Shown here one piece after another: positions 19,626-30,463 of a stretch of DNA of 64,000 bases. The stretch is from Halomonas sp. GTDB taxonomy: Bacteria > Pseudomonadota > Gammaproteobacteria > Pseudomonadales > Halomonadaceae. A program made the translations under genes and the position numbers. Each line of letters begins with the position of its first letter. Position 1 is the first letter of the stretch. The DNA is taken from contig NZ_JAJUFQ010000019.1 of assembly GCF_029263665.1 (NCBI RefSeq), positions 18,604 through 82,603 on the forward strand, written 5' to 3'. The notes under the pieces are model-generated. The model ran no database searches. It was not told the DNA's origin and saw nothing but the letters and a program-made list of their open reading frames with translations.

Positions 19626-20549
19626 ATGCAGCCAATTGATCACTTCGATCTTCGTAACTTTGACCTGAACCTGTTGATCGCCTTCGACGCGATGATGCAC
19701 GAGCGCAGTGTGACCCGAGCCGCAGAAAGGCTGAAGATTCGCCAGCCGGCCATGAGCCACAACCTATCGTTGCTAAGAACCCTGTTTCAGGACGAACTGT
19801 TCGTGCGTGTAGGGACGGCCATGCAACCGACAGCGCGGGCTCAAGCATTGGCCAATCCGATAGCGCAGGCACTGAGTGCGATGCAAGCGATCATCCATGA
19901 CACATCGGAATTCGATCCAGCACATGACCAGCGTATCTTTCGCATGGGGTTCTCGAGCGAGGTAGAACTGCTGTTGATGCCAGAGCTTGCTTCGCGCCTG
20001 CGTCAACAGGCTCCGGGAGTGAGACTCCATGGCCGCCCGGTGCAACAGCGCGATGTCTATCGCATGCTGGATGACCGAGTGCTGGACCTGGCGATCGGCT
20101 GCTTCGACAGCCAGGCCCAGCGTTATCGACAGCAATTGCTGTTCGAACAATCGCTGAGTTGCGTGTTTCACCCTGACATGATGGCACTCGGAGAGACGAT
20201 CTCTCTCGAGGAATACTTGAACCTGCCGCATGCTCTCGTCAGCCTCAGCGAGAGTCTGCATGGCTGTCTCGAATCGGCACTCGATGCCGTCGGTGGCAAA
20301 CTCAACGTGGCCGCTACCTCGTCGGAGTTCCTTGGCGTGCTGGGCATGATCGCAAACGCACCACTGATCGCCACGCTACCGACCCGAATGGCCCGACGTT
20401 ATGGCAAGGCGTTCGGCCTGCAGGTGGCCCCGGTGCCAATGACGCTGACAGTACCCGACGTGTCCCTGGTGTGGACGGCGCAGGAGGATAACCACCCTGC
20501 ATCGCAATGGTTGCGAAATGAGATTGCCGACATACTGGGACGGATGTAA
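19626..20549 (+). CDS. LysR-family regulator (NodD/NahR-like)
   Basis: DLNLLIAFDAMMHERSVTRAAERL..QPAMSHNL HTH. Confidence 0.9.
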   Translation: MQPIDHFDLRNFDLNLLIAFDAMMHERSVTRAAERLKIRQPAMSHNLSLLRTLFQDELFVRVGTAMQPTARAQALANPIAQALSAMQAIIHDTSEFDPAHDQRIFRMGFSSEVELLLMPELASRLRQQAPGVRLHGRPVQQRDVYRMLDDRVLDLAIGCFDSQAQRYRQQLLFEQSLSCVFHPDMMALGETISLEEYLNLPHALVSLSESLHGCLESALDAVGGKLNVAATSSEFLGVLGMIANAPLIATLPTRMARRYGKAFGLQVAPVPMTLTVPDVSLVWTAQEDNHPASQWLRNEIADILGRM

Positions 20550-20663
20550 ATGGCACTGGACAGGAAGGACAAAGTGTTGATGATGGCGCCACCTTTTGGT
20601 CCGATTCAACCTGTGCATGCTCCAGATACATCATGAGCCCTCGATGGTCTGTCTTCGCCTGCG

Positions 20664-22834
20664 CTAACCCTGGACGTGATCGGTCAACGGCAGGTGGCGG
20701 ATCCGCTGCCGCGAGGCGGCGAACAGCGCGTTGGCCAGCGCAGGCGCGAACGGGGGGATGCCCGGCTCACCCACACCACCCAGCGGAGAACCAATCTCCA
20801 CGATGCTCACCTCCACCAACGGCGCCTCCCCGATGCGTAGTAGCGGATAGTCGTGGAAGTTCGACTGTTCGGCACGGCCGTCTCTGATCGTGACCTTCTG
20901 CCTCAGCGCCGCGCTGAGAGCATCGATGACGGCGCCCTGGATCTGCGCCTCCACCTGATCCGGATTGATGGCGTGCCCGCAGTCAATGGCCGCATGGACC
21001 CGCTCGACGTGAATTCCTTCGTCATCAGCCTGCGCCTCAACGACCTGGGCCACATAGGAGCCGTAGCTCTCGACCACTGCCAGGCCGCGCGCAACGCCCT
21101 CGGGAGCTGGCTCGCTCCATCGTGACATCTCGGCCACTCGGTCAAGGACAGCGAGCATCCGCTCCTGCCCCGCACAGTGGCTTCTGCGAAATTCCAGTGG
21201 GTCGCGACCCGCTGCCGCAGCGCATTCGTCCATGAAGCTTTCGAAGAAGAAGCCGTTGAAGGAATGAGCGATCGAACGCCAGGGGCAAAGCGGGATCGGC
21301 AGATCGACCACGGCGTGTTCCACGGCAAAGTTCGGAATGACGTAGCGCATGTCCGACAGGCCAGCAAGCGAGAAGGGATCGAGGTCGCGAGGTTGCCGGT
21401 CGCCTGCGCCATCTGCTCCGGATCGAAGCCATATTCAAGGCCCATCTGCGGTCCGGCGAGTCGGATACGCATGCCGGTGATGTTACCGGCTTCGTCCAGG
21501 GTTGCCTGGAAGCGGCACCTCATCGTCTGGCGGTACTGGCCCTGCTGAACGTCGTCCTCGCGCGCCCAGAGGACCTTGACCGGTCGCCCGTCGACGGCGC
21601 GGCTGGCAAGAGTCGCCTGCAGCGCGATCTCGCCATGGGTCTTGCGGCCGAATCCGCCGCCCAGCCAGGTAGTGTTGATGAAGAGGCGGTCTGCCGGTAC
21701 CTGCAGGGCATTCTCCAGTGTCATTCTGAGCACGTCGTGCCCCTGCGTGCCGATCCACAGTTCTGTCCGCTCCCTGGTGGATTCGGCGGTGCAATTGATC
21801 GGCTCCATGCACGCATGGGCGAGTAGCGGTACCGAGTACTCGGCCTCGACGACCTGGCCATCGGTCGACAGCGCTGCCTCCGAATCTCCGCGCAAGGTAG
21901 AGACGGGGACATCGGGCCGGTCCAACGCCTCGCGAAGCATTCTGTCTATCTCATCCGTGGAAAGATGGTCTGCCGGTGTCTGGGTAAAGGTGATGTCCAG
22001 GGCGTCGGCAGCTTGCCTGGCCTGCCACCAGGAGTCAGCGACGACCACCGCACCGCGCGGCACTCGTACTACCTCGATCACTCCTGGCATGCCAGAGACA
22101 CTACTCTCGTCGATCGACTCAACATCGGCAGAAAAGACCGGGGCGAGTCGGACAGCGCCATACAGCATCCCGTCGCGTTCAACGTCAATCCCGTAGACAG
22201 CCTTTCCTGTCACCTTCGCCGGTGTATCGAGGCGTGGTATCGAGCGTCCAGTCAACGTTCGTTCGCTGTCGGGACGCAGGGTCGGTTCCTCCGGCACCGG
22301 CAGCGCCATGGCGTCTTCCACCAGCTCACCGAAGGGAATCCGCTGGCCACTGTCGGCATGAATGACAAAACCGTCCTCGGTATGCAAGGCTGCGGGCATT
22401 ACTCCGAGACGCTCGGCCGCCGCCTGCGTCAACATCTCCCGCGCCTGGGCGGCTGCGAGACGCAACGGTTCATGCCAATACCGGATGCCGAACGAGCCCA
22501 CGGAGCGCATCTGCCCCATCACCGGAACCCTGTAGGCGGCCACCGGTTGCTTCGGCATGTCGACAATGATGCTGGACCAGTCGGTGCCAAGCTCCTCAGC
22601 AAGAATCTGGGCCTGGCCAGTGTGGGTGCCCTGTCCCATTTCGCAGGTGGGGAGCAGGAAGGTCACCTGACCACTCGTATCAATGCGGACGAAGGCTAGC
22701 GACATGCCAGACCCTTCCTCCTGCTGTGCCCAGGCCATTGGTAGACGAAGGGGAACAACGAGGGCGGCTCCAGCCACGGCTAGAGTGCTGCCCAGAAAGG
22801 ATCTACGGCTGAGGGAGAAATGATGCGGTTTCAT
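20664..22834 (-). pseudogene. iorB: Isoquinoline 1-oxidoreductase beta-type molybdopterin subunit, split by a 1-nt frameshift near 21388
   Basis: Tat signal SRRSFLG, EMGQG and GGGFGR in one frame; DPFSLAGLSD..WRSI..FFFESFMDE..GGVGEPG in another frame; one added base restores GNLGDLDPF. Confidence 0.85.
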
Positions 22835-22907
22835 CGTTCTACCTGCCCTTTGAGTAAGCGTTGATGTAGAGCGGAGCGCGTTGCTTTCGGCGCTCAGCTT
22901 GCAAGGA

Positions 22908-23357
22908 TCAGCTTTCGGAGGCTCGGTGAATGGCCGCCCGGATACGCACATAGGTGCCGCAGCGGCACAGATTGCCGTGCATCGCTGCATTGATGTCCTC
23001 ATCAGAGGGATTCGGGTTTCGTGCCAGAAGTGCCGCCGCGCTCATGATCTGCCCCGACTGGCAGTAGCCACACTGAGGCACGTCAAGCTCGGCCCAGGCG
23101 CGCTGGACAGGGTGCGAACCATCCTCGGACAACCCTTCGATGGTGGTGACGGATCTTCCCTCAACCCCGGATAACGGGAAGGAACAGGAACGCACCGGCT
23201 CACCATCCAGGTGTACCGTGCACGCCCCACACTGCGCGACGCCACAGCCGAACCTGGTGCCGGTGAGCTTCAGTTGCTCCCGGATCACCCAGAGCAGCGG
23301 TGTATCCGTTTCAGCGGTAACTTCCACCGCACGCCCGTTGATCGTGAATGCTGTCAT
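22908..23357 (-). CDS. iorA: (2Fe-2S)-binding small subunit of a xanthine-dehydrogenase-family enzyme
   Basis: [20 protein letters not shown] and NLCRCGTY motifs. Confidence 0.9.
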   Translation of the reverse strand: MTAFTINGRAVEVTAETDTPLLWVIREQLKLTGTRFGCGVAQCGACTVHLDGEPVRSCSFPLSGVEGRSVTTIEGLSEDGSHPVQRAWAELDVPQCGYCQSGQIMSAAALLARNPNPSDEDINAAMHGNLCRCGTYVRIRAAIHRASES

Positions 23358-24151
23358 GAATGCGACTCCTCGACCTGACCTGTGGTCTCATGCCGGGATG
23401 TGCCTGCACTCAAAGCACTCAGCATCTCGACCGCGTGATCGAAGTGTCCGTCACGCTCCGCCCAGCGCAGGAAGTTCACTCGTTCCACCAGGATTTCCCT
23501 GGGTGTTGGCTGTTCGCGGAACAGCATCATGACCTCGTCGATGAAGTCAGCGAGCGGCATATAGCCCTCTCGGGTCGACTGGCCAGGAGTGAGTTCAGTC
23601 TGCACCGCAGGAGGGGCAAGCTCGATGAGCTCGACCTTGCCCTTGAGTTGTTCGCGCAGGGACACCGTGTAGGAATGAAGCGCTGCCTTGGTCGCGTTGT
23701 AGGTTGGTGTGCCGCTCATCGGCACGAAGGCCAGGCCGGACGTTACATTCACGATCGCCGCATCGGGCTGGTTCACCAGATGGTCGGTCAATGCGTTCGT
23801 CAGCCGGATCGGCCCGAGCAGATTGGTAATGATCGTCTGCTCTGAGTCGCTCAGGTCACGGGGCCTGGACAAGTCCTCGCGCCGCATGATGCCAGCATTG
23901 TTGATCAGGACGTTGAGGCTGGGATGCTCGACGACGACACGGTCGACAAAGGCCATGATGGCCTCCGGATCCTCGATATCAACGACCATCGCATGCATGT
24001 CCTGTCGGTCGGCGATGGTTTCCTCCAGCGTCTCCTGGTGACGCCCCGCAACAATCACGGTGTTGCCAAGCTCATTGAAGCGCCGAGCGAGTTCTCGACC
24101 AATCCCGGAACCGCCCCCGGTGATGAGAATAGTGTTTTCCGATGTCTTCAC
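23354..24151 (-). CDS. SDR-family oxidoreductase (DltE-like)
   Basis: [12 protein letters not shown] and YNATK motifs; ATGA overlap with the 2Fe-2S gene. Confidence 0.9.
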   Translation of the reverse strand: MKTSENTILITGGGSGIGRELARRFNELGNTVIVAGRHQETLEETIADRQDMHAMVVDIEDPEAIMAFVDRVVVEHPSLNVLINNAGIMRREDLSRPRDLSDSEQTIITNLLGPIRLTNALTDHLVNQPDAAIVNVTSGLAFVPMSGTPTYNATKAALHSYTVSLREQLKGKVELIELAPPAVQTELTPGQSTREGYMPLADFIDEVMMLFREQPTPREILVERVNFLRWAERDGHFDHAVEMLSALSAGTSRHETTGQVEESHS

Positions 24152-24353
24152 TGTTTCGTCCTCTATCGGCTCATGGCCTAAAACGTAATCAATTCGACCA
24201 CCGCGCAGTCGCCTGCGCTGGCATTGCCATTGTCACGATTCGGCGAGCAATAGGGCTTGCCTATACTTGCGCAAGACTTGCCTTATCCTGCAGTGGTGGT
24301 GAACGGCTCTCACCACCATGCTAAGTTCGAGACAACATGTGGGAGGGATGTAT

Positions 24354-25277
24354 ATGAACTCGCTCAAGCAGGCTGTCCGAGCTTATGCCAGCCGCCACGC
24401 CAATGGTGATGGCCTGGCGCTAACACCAGTGTCGGGTCTACGGATGATGTGCCTCGAAGCGCCGGTCGGCGACCTGCATTCGGTTTACAGGCCGCTGATT
24501 TGCCTGGTTCTGCAGGGTGCGAAGCGCTTGACCGTCGGGAAGGAGATACAGATCTTCTCTGCCGGTCAGTCGGTCATCGTGGGCGCAGACATGCCAGTGG
24601 TTGGGCGGATTGTGCAAGCGAGCCAGAACGAGCCTTATCTGGCGATAGCCGTCGAACTGGATATGGTGGTATTGCGCGAACTCGCCGCTCACATGGGGAG
24701 CCTCCCTGCTGGGCGCCCATCCGAGATGACGACGCTATTTGCCGAAGACACCGAAACCGCATTGCTCAATTGCGCATCACGGCTGATGCACCTGCTGGAT
24801 CATCCCGAGGCGACGTCGATACTGCATCCGGGAATCATGCGGGAGTTGCATTACTGGCTGCTGTCGGGACCTCACGGTACTGCCTTGCGGGCACTGGCGG
24901 ACCCAGACAGTCATGCGAGCCGCCTCGCTGCTGCCATCGCGATCCTCAGAGCCGAATACCGTTCGCGCATTCCCATGGAACGGCTGTCGGCAGAGGCCAG
25001 CATGAGCCTCACCTCGTTTCACAAGCACTTCAAGCACATGACCTCGCTGACACCAGGACAGTATCAGAAGCGGCTGCGCCTGATAGAGGCACGCCGCCTG
25101 ATGCTCGACGAAGGTTTTTCAGCGAGCAATGCCGCCTTCGAGGTGGGGTACGAGAGCGTTTCGCAGTTCACGCGGGAGTACGGACGACTGTTCCAGGTGC
25201 CGCCGAAGCGCGATGCCCTGCGCCTGCGGAGCAAGCCGGCCCTTATCGAGGAGGAAAGCGAAGTCTGTTCGAATTAA
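24354..25277 (+). CDS. AraC-family regulator (YqhC-like)
   Basis: AraC N-terminal sensor (LVLQGAK); FEVGYESVSQFTREY HTH; GGAGG before ATG 24354. Confidence 0.9.
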   Translation: MNSLKQAVRAYASRHANGDGLALTPVSGLRMMCLEAPVGDLHSVYRPLICLVLQGAKRLTVGKEIQIFSAGQSVIVGADMPVVGRIVQASQNEPYLAIAVELDMVVLRELAAHMGSLPAGRPSEMTTLFAEDTETALLNCASRLMHLLDHPEATSILHPGIMRELHYWLLSGPHGTALRALADPDSHASRLAAAIAILRAEYRSRIPMERLSAEASMSLTSFHKHFKHMTSLTPGQYQKRLRLIEARRLMLDEGFSASNAAFEVGYESVSQFTREYGRLFQVPPKRDALRLRSKPALIEEESEVCSN

Positions 25278-25303
25278 AGTCAGTCACGTGGACAGTGAAC
25301 TCG

Positions 25304-26161
25304 CTACGCAGCATGGCAGGTAAAACGCGTTATCCGCACATCCACGCTAACGCTCAGCGATTCCAACGCCGCGGCTCGTGCTCGCCCTTCGGCATTGGCA
25401 CGGTGAAGATACGGCGTCATGGCCAGCAGATCAGCAATCTGTGTCGCATCGGCAAGATCGACGGCGTAACGCAGTGTCTCGCTGTCGCCTGTACGGACAA
25501 AGCCCTCTGGAACCGTATCGCTTTCACGACGCGGCGACTTGATCTCGGGATAGATGATTTCGCGCAATTCACGCAGGTGATCAGGGCCCGCCTCGACCAG
25601 AAGCAGCTCACCGCCTGACTTCAGCACCCGGGCAAACTCGGCGTATACGGGGAAGCCGAACATGCATAGCACCCGTTCCAGGCTGCTCGTCTGTACAGGC
25701 AATTGGGCGTTGGTGCCAACCAACCAAGTAGCAGACTTCCAGCTTTTGGCGGCAGCGAGCACCGCCCACTTGGAAATATCCACACCCAGTAGCGCCAGCT
25801 TTTGGTTATCACCAGCGACGCCTTCCAGCTCACGCAGGTAATAGCCCTCTCCACAGCCGGCATCAAGACAGTGCAGTGCCTCATCGGCAGGCGCGCCCTT
25901 CAGCACTGCCTGAGCGACGGCCTTGGCAATCGGCTGATAATGACCGGCATCGAGAAAACGGCGTCGCGCCGCGACCATTTCCTTGCTGTCACCGGGGTCA
26001 CGGGAGCGCTTGCGCTGCACAGGCAACAAATGCACATAGCCTTGTCGAGCGATATCAAAACTATGGCCAGCCTCACAACACCAGGCACCATCGCGTCGAT
26101 GCAACGGGCCTCCATCCAATGGGCAAGCCAGTGCGTCAAACGCTATTGTACTCATGCTCAC
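25304..26161 (-). CDS. rlmA: 23S rRNA m1G745 methyltransferase (RlmA-like)
   Basis: Zn-finger CPLD..C..GHSFD, RRRFL..GHY and DAGCGEGYY motifs. Confidence 0.8.
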   Translation of the reverse strand: MSMSTIAFDALACPLDGGPLHRRDGAWCCEAGHSFDIARQGYVHLLPVQRKRSRDPGDSKEMVAARRRFLDAGHYQPIAKAVAQAVLKGAPADEALHCLDAGCGEGYYLRELEGVAGDNQKLALLGVDISKWAVLAAAKSWKSATWLVGTNAQLPVQTSSLERVLCMFGFPVYAEFARVLKSGGELLLVEAGPDHLRELREIIYPEIKSPRRESDTVPEGFVRTGDSETLRYAVDLADATQIADLLAMTPYLHRANAEGRARAAALESLSVSVDVRITRFTCHAA

Positions 26162-26454
26162 TTTTCCCTCTTCATCATCCTGTAGGCGCGCAGGTCATCA
26201 TCCAGCCACATATTGTAAGCCGCTGCAGCGCCTTTTACCGCAGCTACCGCACCAGCTTCTTCTTGCTGTCCCCCTGTTTCTTTCTGCCCCTGTGCTTCAC
26301 TGCCAGGATGCGCTAGCATCCTTAGCATACGAATTATAAACCCGCTATTGCACGTTGATGACCCGCCGCTCACCCGGGCCGGTGTCCCTCTGGATACCGG
26401 CCTGTTTCTTGCGCGCCAATGGGTCCCTCCCCGACTGCATGAAGGAGAGTCTCC

Positions 26455-28035
26455 TTGTCGAATGACACCTCTCTGCGCGAGACGCCCCCGATGACCCAGG
26501 TGGAACGTCTGTTCAAGCGCTATGGCCCTCGCTATCGACTATGGGTAACGCTCACGGTGATGCTGGGCCTGGTAGCGCTCGGCATGTCGATCACCATCGT
26601 CAACGTGGCGATTCCCTATATCAAGGGCGCCTTCGGCATGAGCGATTCCCAGGTACAGTGGCTATCCACCGGCTTCCTGGCCTCCACCACCGTATCGCTG
26701 CTGGTCGCGCCCTGGTTGGTGGCCGCCATCGGCCAGCGTGCTACTTTCATGGGCCTTTTGCTGGTATTCATCGCGGCATCGATTCTCGGTGGTCTGGGCC
26801 AAGGCATGGCAACACTGGTCGCCGCTCGCATCATCCAGGGCGCGATGACCGGGCTGATCCGACCGGTGGCCATGCAGGCGTTGTTCGCTGCCTATCCCCC
26901 GGAGGGACGAGGCATGGCGGTGGCCATGTATGGCATGTGTCTGGGGTTGCCGTTGACGTTGGCAACGGTGATCGGCGGCTGGCTAGTGGAGAACTTCACC
27001 TGGCGATACGTATTCTTCATTACCCTGCCGATCTGCCTGGCGGCGGTAGTGATGGGCTATATCTTTCTGCCATCCCGTGAGCAGAAGGGGCCGCGCCCTC
27101 CTTTCGACTGGGCGGGTGTCGCCATGCTCTTCGCTGCGGTCTTCTCCATCCTCACGGCACTCTCCAATGGCCAGCGCTGGGGCTGGGACGATCCACGAGT
27201 GCCAGTGCTGGTGCTGCTCTCGCTACTCTGTGCCACGAGTTTCATTGCCTGGCAAAAACACGCCAAACACCCGTTGCTCGACCTGGCGATCTTCCGCTAT
27301 CGGATCTTTGTGGTCGGCACCCTGGCGATGCTGCTGTTCGGCGGTGCCTTCTACGGCGTGATGTATCTGCTGCCACAGTTTGTACAATCGGTCCTGGACT
27401 ACAGTCCCATTACCGCCGGGATGATCTTCGTACCATCGACAGCAGTGCTCGGCGTTCTGGTGCCGCTGGTTGGCTGGCTCAGCGACCGTCATCCACCACA
27501 CTGGATCACCCTGCCGGGACTGGCTTGCACGGTGTTCTCGGTATGGCACATGGCGCAGATGGACTGGAATACTTCCTTCGCTTTCCTCGCCGGCAGCATG
27601 GCGATCATGTCCATCGGCATGGCGTCCTTCCCGCCACCCACGCTGTCCAATGCCATTGCTGCGCTTCCGCTGCAGCTTACCGGTCACGGCTCAGGAGCGA
27701 TCAACTTCGCCATGCAACTGGGTGGAGCATTAGGTACAGCGGGCCTGGTCATTCTGCTCGACCGCCAGACAGCGCTGCATGGCCACCACCTGAATGCCGG
27801 CATCAATGCCAATAACGCCATGGCCAATGAACAACTCAGCTACTTGGCGGAGTTGACCGCACGCCTCGGCATTCCGGATACCCAGCAGCAGACCATGGCG
27901 GGTTATCTGACCGGGCGCCTGGAGTCGATCTGGGCCTCGCTCCTCGCCTACCAGGATGGTTTCTGGCTACTGGTAGGCGTCCTGTTGATCGTCAGCATTC
28001 CCTCGGTGCTGCTCAGCCGCTGGCGGTATGCCTAA
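26455..28035 (+). CDS. DHA2 (EmrB/QacA) MFS efflux subunit
   Basis: IVNVAIP, RIIQGA, WRYVFFI..P and FDWAG motifs; about 14 hydrophobic segments. Confidence 0.9.
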   Translation: MSNDTSLRETPPMTQVERLFKRYGPRYRLWVTLTVMLGLVALGMSITIVNVAIPYIKGAFGMSDSQVQWLSTGFLASTTVSLLVAPWLVAAIGQRATFMGLLLVFIAASILGGLGQGMATLVAARIIQGAMTGLIRPVAMQALFAAYPPEGRGMAVAMYGMCLGLPLTLATVIGGWLVENFTWRYVFFITLPICLAAVVMGYIFLPSREQKGPRPPFDWAGVAMLFAAVFSILTALSNGQRWGWDDPRVPVLVLLSLLCATSFIAWQKHAKHPLLDLAIFRYRIFVVGTLAMLLFGGAFYGVMYLLPQFVQSVLDYSPITAGMIFVPSTAVLGVLVPLVGWLSDRHPPHWITLPGLACTVFSVWHMAQMDWNTSFAFLAGSMAIMSIGMASFPPPTLSNAIAALPLQLTGHGSGAINFAMQLGGALGTAGLVILLDRQTALHGHHLNAGINANNAMANEQLSYLAELTARLGIPDTQQQTMAGYLTGRLESIWASLLAYQDGFWLLVGVLLIVSIPSVLLSRWRYA

Positions 28036-28064
28036 TCCTTTTCGCTCGTTCGAGGATCTTCGAC

Positions 28065-29222
28065 ATGACAACACCAAGCTCACAAGCCACATCCCGCCGC
28101 TTGCCCAAAGCCTCCCGGCTAGCACTGCTCACCCTGTTGGTGCTGGCCTGTCTGATCTGGGCTGGCTTGGCGATCCATCACCGCCTGACCCATGTCAGTG
28201 CCCAGGATGCGCGGGTGATGGCCGATCAAGTCACCGTCAGCAGCCGCCTGCCTGGCTGGGTCACGGATTTCACCCTGATCGAGGGAGACGCCCTGGCCAA
28301 GGACGACATGGTCGCCCGGCTTTACAGCCAACCGGATGAGCGCCAGCTCGAAGCACTGCAAGCAGGAGTAGCCGCGGCACAGGCCCGGCTGAACTACCAG
28401 AACTCACGTTTGAAGCTGTCCCAGGCGCAGCTCGAAGGCGGGGTGAATATCACTCAGCAGGAGCTGGAGGCCAGTCGAGCTGCCATGGATGCCGCCAATG
28501 CGCGTCTGGAGCAGGCTCGCAAGGACTATGAGCGCTCCAACTCATTGTTGGCCAGACACTCGGTCTCGCAGCAGCAACGTGACGAGGATTACTACGCCCT
28601 GCAATCTGCCCAAGCGGAGTCCCACCAGGCCACCCAAGAAGTGGCCGTCAGCCAGGCCCAGGCCGACAACGCTCAAGTCGGCTTCATCAACGGTTCGCAG
28701 ATGCCTCTGCCCAATCCCGACGTGATTCGCGCCCAGTTGGAGATGGCGACTCAGGAGCTGGCCCAGGCCCGTTCCCAGGTGGCTCAGCAACAACTGCGCC
28801 TCAGCGACCTGCAAGTGCCAAGCCCGATCAGTGGGGTCGTCGACAAGACACTGATCGACGAGGGCGAATACATCAGCGCCGGCCAGCCGATCCTGATGAT
28901 GCATAACCCCGACGCCCTGTGGGTCGAGGCCAACATCAAGGAGACCGATGTTGGCGAGTTGCGTCTCGGCCAGCCGGTCGACATCACCGTCGATGCCTAC
29001 CCCAACGACGACTTCCATGGCCATGTCGCCGTCATCGGACGCGCCGCGACCAGCCAGTTCGCGCTGTTGCCGGACCCCAACCCGTCCGGCAACTTCACCA
29101 AGATCACCCAGCGCATTCCCGTGCGTATTGCCCTGGATGATGGCCCCATCGAGCTGATCGGCCCCGGAATGATGGTCGAGGTCGACATCGATGTCACCGT
29201 GGATGGCCAACGCCATGGCTGA
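28065..29222 (+). CDS. HlyD/EmrA-family membrane fusion protein
   Basis: N-terminal TM segment, coiled coil, SQFALLP..NPSGNFTKITQRIPVRI motif. Confidence 0.9.
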   Translation: MTTPSSQATSRRLPKASRLALLTLLVLACLIWAGLAIHHRLTHVSAQDARVMADQVTVSSRLPGWVTDFTLIEGDALAKDDMVARLYSQPDERQLEALQAGVAAAQARLNYQNSRLKLSQAQLEGGVNITQQELEASRAAMDAANARLEQARKDYERSNSLLARHSVSQQQRDEDYYALQSAQAESHQATQEVAVSQAQADNAQVGFINGSQMPLPNPDVIRAQLEMATQELAQARSQVAQQQLRLSDLQVPSPISGVVDKTLIDEGEYISAGQPILMMHNPDALWVEANIKETDVGELRLGQPVDITVDAYPNDDFHGHVAVIGRAATSQFALLPDPNPSGNFTKITQRIPVRIALDDGPIELIGPGMMVEVDIDVTVDGQRHG

Positions 29223-29508
29223 CACCATCGCGGCCATGGCATTCGGCTGAGACAAGGGAAGATACAGAGACAAGAGAGGGCAACGTGCTTGGGAAGCGCT
29301 GAATAAATCGACGAGCATACTCAAGCACAAGGCGCCCGGAGCACAACAACCGGAGCCTATGGGGTATAGGTGAGGATGGTGAGCACCGCGTAACGCAGTG
29401 ATTGAGTAGCGCAGACATTTATGCAGTGTTTCCCTTGCCCTCATCATGGCGCCTGGAAGGGGAAAACATCCCTCTCCGCAATACGGCCTACCGTCTTTGC
29501 AATACGAC

Positions 29509-30255
29509 TTAGCGAAGCGTGCGCTCGAACAGCTCGAACATCTCGGCCCACCCCTTGTCGGCCGCGACCTTGTCATAGATGGGGAAGTCCGGCTTCATCC
29601 AGCCGTGAGCCGCACCTCGATACAATTCACTACGATATCTCACCCCGGCATCGCTCAACGCTTTCTCGAAACGTTCGGCCATTGCCGGTGGGTAGCTCTT
29701 GTCATTGTCAGCCACGGCGATATACAACTCGGCCTGGATCTTCGGTGCCTGCAGATGCGGGCTGGTGGGCTGATCGGTGGCCAGGTTGCCGCCATGAAAG
29801 CTCACCGCTGCCGCCACACGCTCCGGATAGCTGGCAGCCACGGTGATCGCCATGCCGCCCCCCATGCAGAAGCCGACCGTGGCAATCTTGCCACCGATCA
29901 CATCTTCACGCGCATCCAGATACTTCAGACACGCCTCGGTATCCGCTGCTGCCATATGATTGTCGGTGCTGGCCATCAGCGGCCCGATCACGGCACGAAA
30001 ATCGTCACCGGCAAAAATCTCCTTCGGTACCAGCGGGCCATAGTTTCCCAAGCGGTAGAACAGGTCCGGCAACAGCACCAGGTAACCATTAGAAGCGATA
30101 GTTTCCGCCATCTGCTTGAGCCCGGGCCGAATGCCAAAAGCATCCATATAGACAATCACTGCATGCCATGGGCCTTGCCCTTCCGGGGTGAATACATAGG
30201 CAGGACATTCCCCATCCCTGGTCTGAAGAGTGATCTCGTCGTAAGTCATCGTCAT
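29509..30255 (-). CDS. Dienelactone hydrolase family protein
   Basis: GFCMGG nucleophile, PDLFYR and AAHGW motifs; AGGAG RBS before ATG 30255. Confidence 0.9.
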   Translation of the reverse strand: MTMTYDEITLQTRDGECPAYVFTPEGQGPWHAVIVYMDAFGIRPGLKQMAETIASNGYLVLLPDLFYRLGNYGPLVPKEIFAGDDFRAVIGPLMASTDNHMAAADTEACLKYLDAREDVIGGKIATVGFCMGGGMAITVAASYPERVAAAVSFHGGNLATDQPTSPHLQAPKIQAELYIAVADNDKSYPPAMAERFEKALSDAGVRYRSELYRGAAHGWMKPDFPIYDKVAADKGWAEMFELFERTLR

Positions 30256-30463
30256 GTCTCCTTGCGGCGGCGTCCTCACGCCTTGCTGATATGCATTCCG
30301 AGATAATGGATACCGCTCATGAAACGAGCCGCTCCCTCACTGGATCGGCCCATGGTAACAGTGAGCCGACGGTGATGGCCCAGTGACACCTCCCCCTTGC
30401 TTGGCGAGGCATGCGATTACATGTAACATCAAAGATTACGTTACATGCTCATCCGGAGGAAAC

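Noticed and set aside
26158-26373. 71-aa ORF upstream of rlmA
   Set aside because: Low-complexity sequence with no motif, spanning the probable rlmA promoter (TACAAT-like -10) and a hairpin.
29214-29249. MADTIAAMAFG* overlapping the emrA-like stop as the stub of a lost second MFS gene
   Set aside because: Only 11 codons; too short to support homology.
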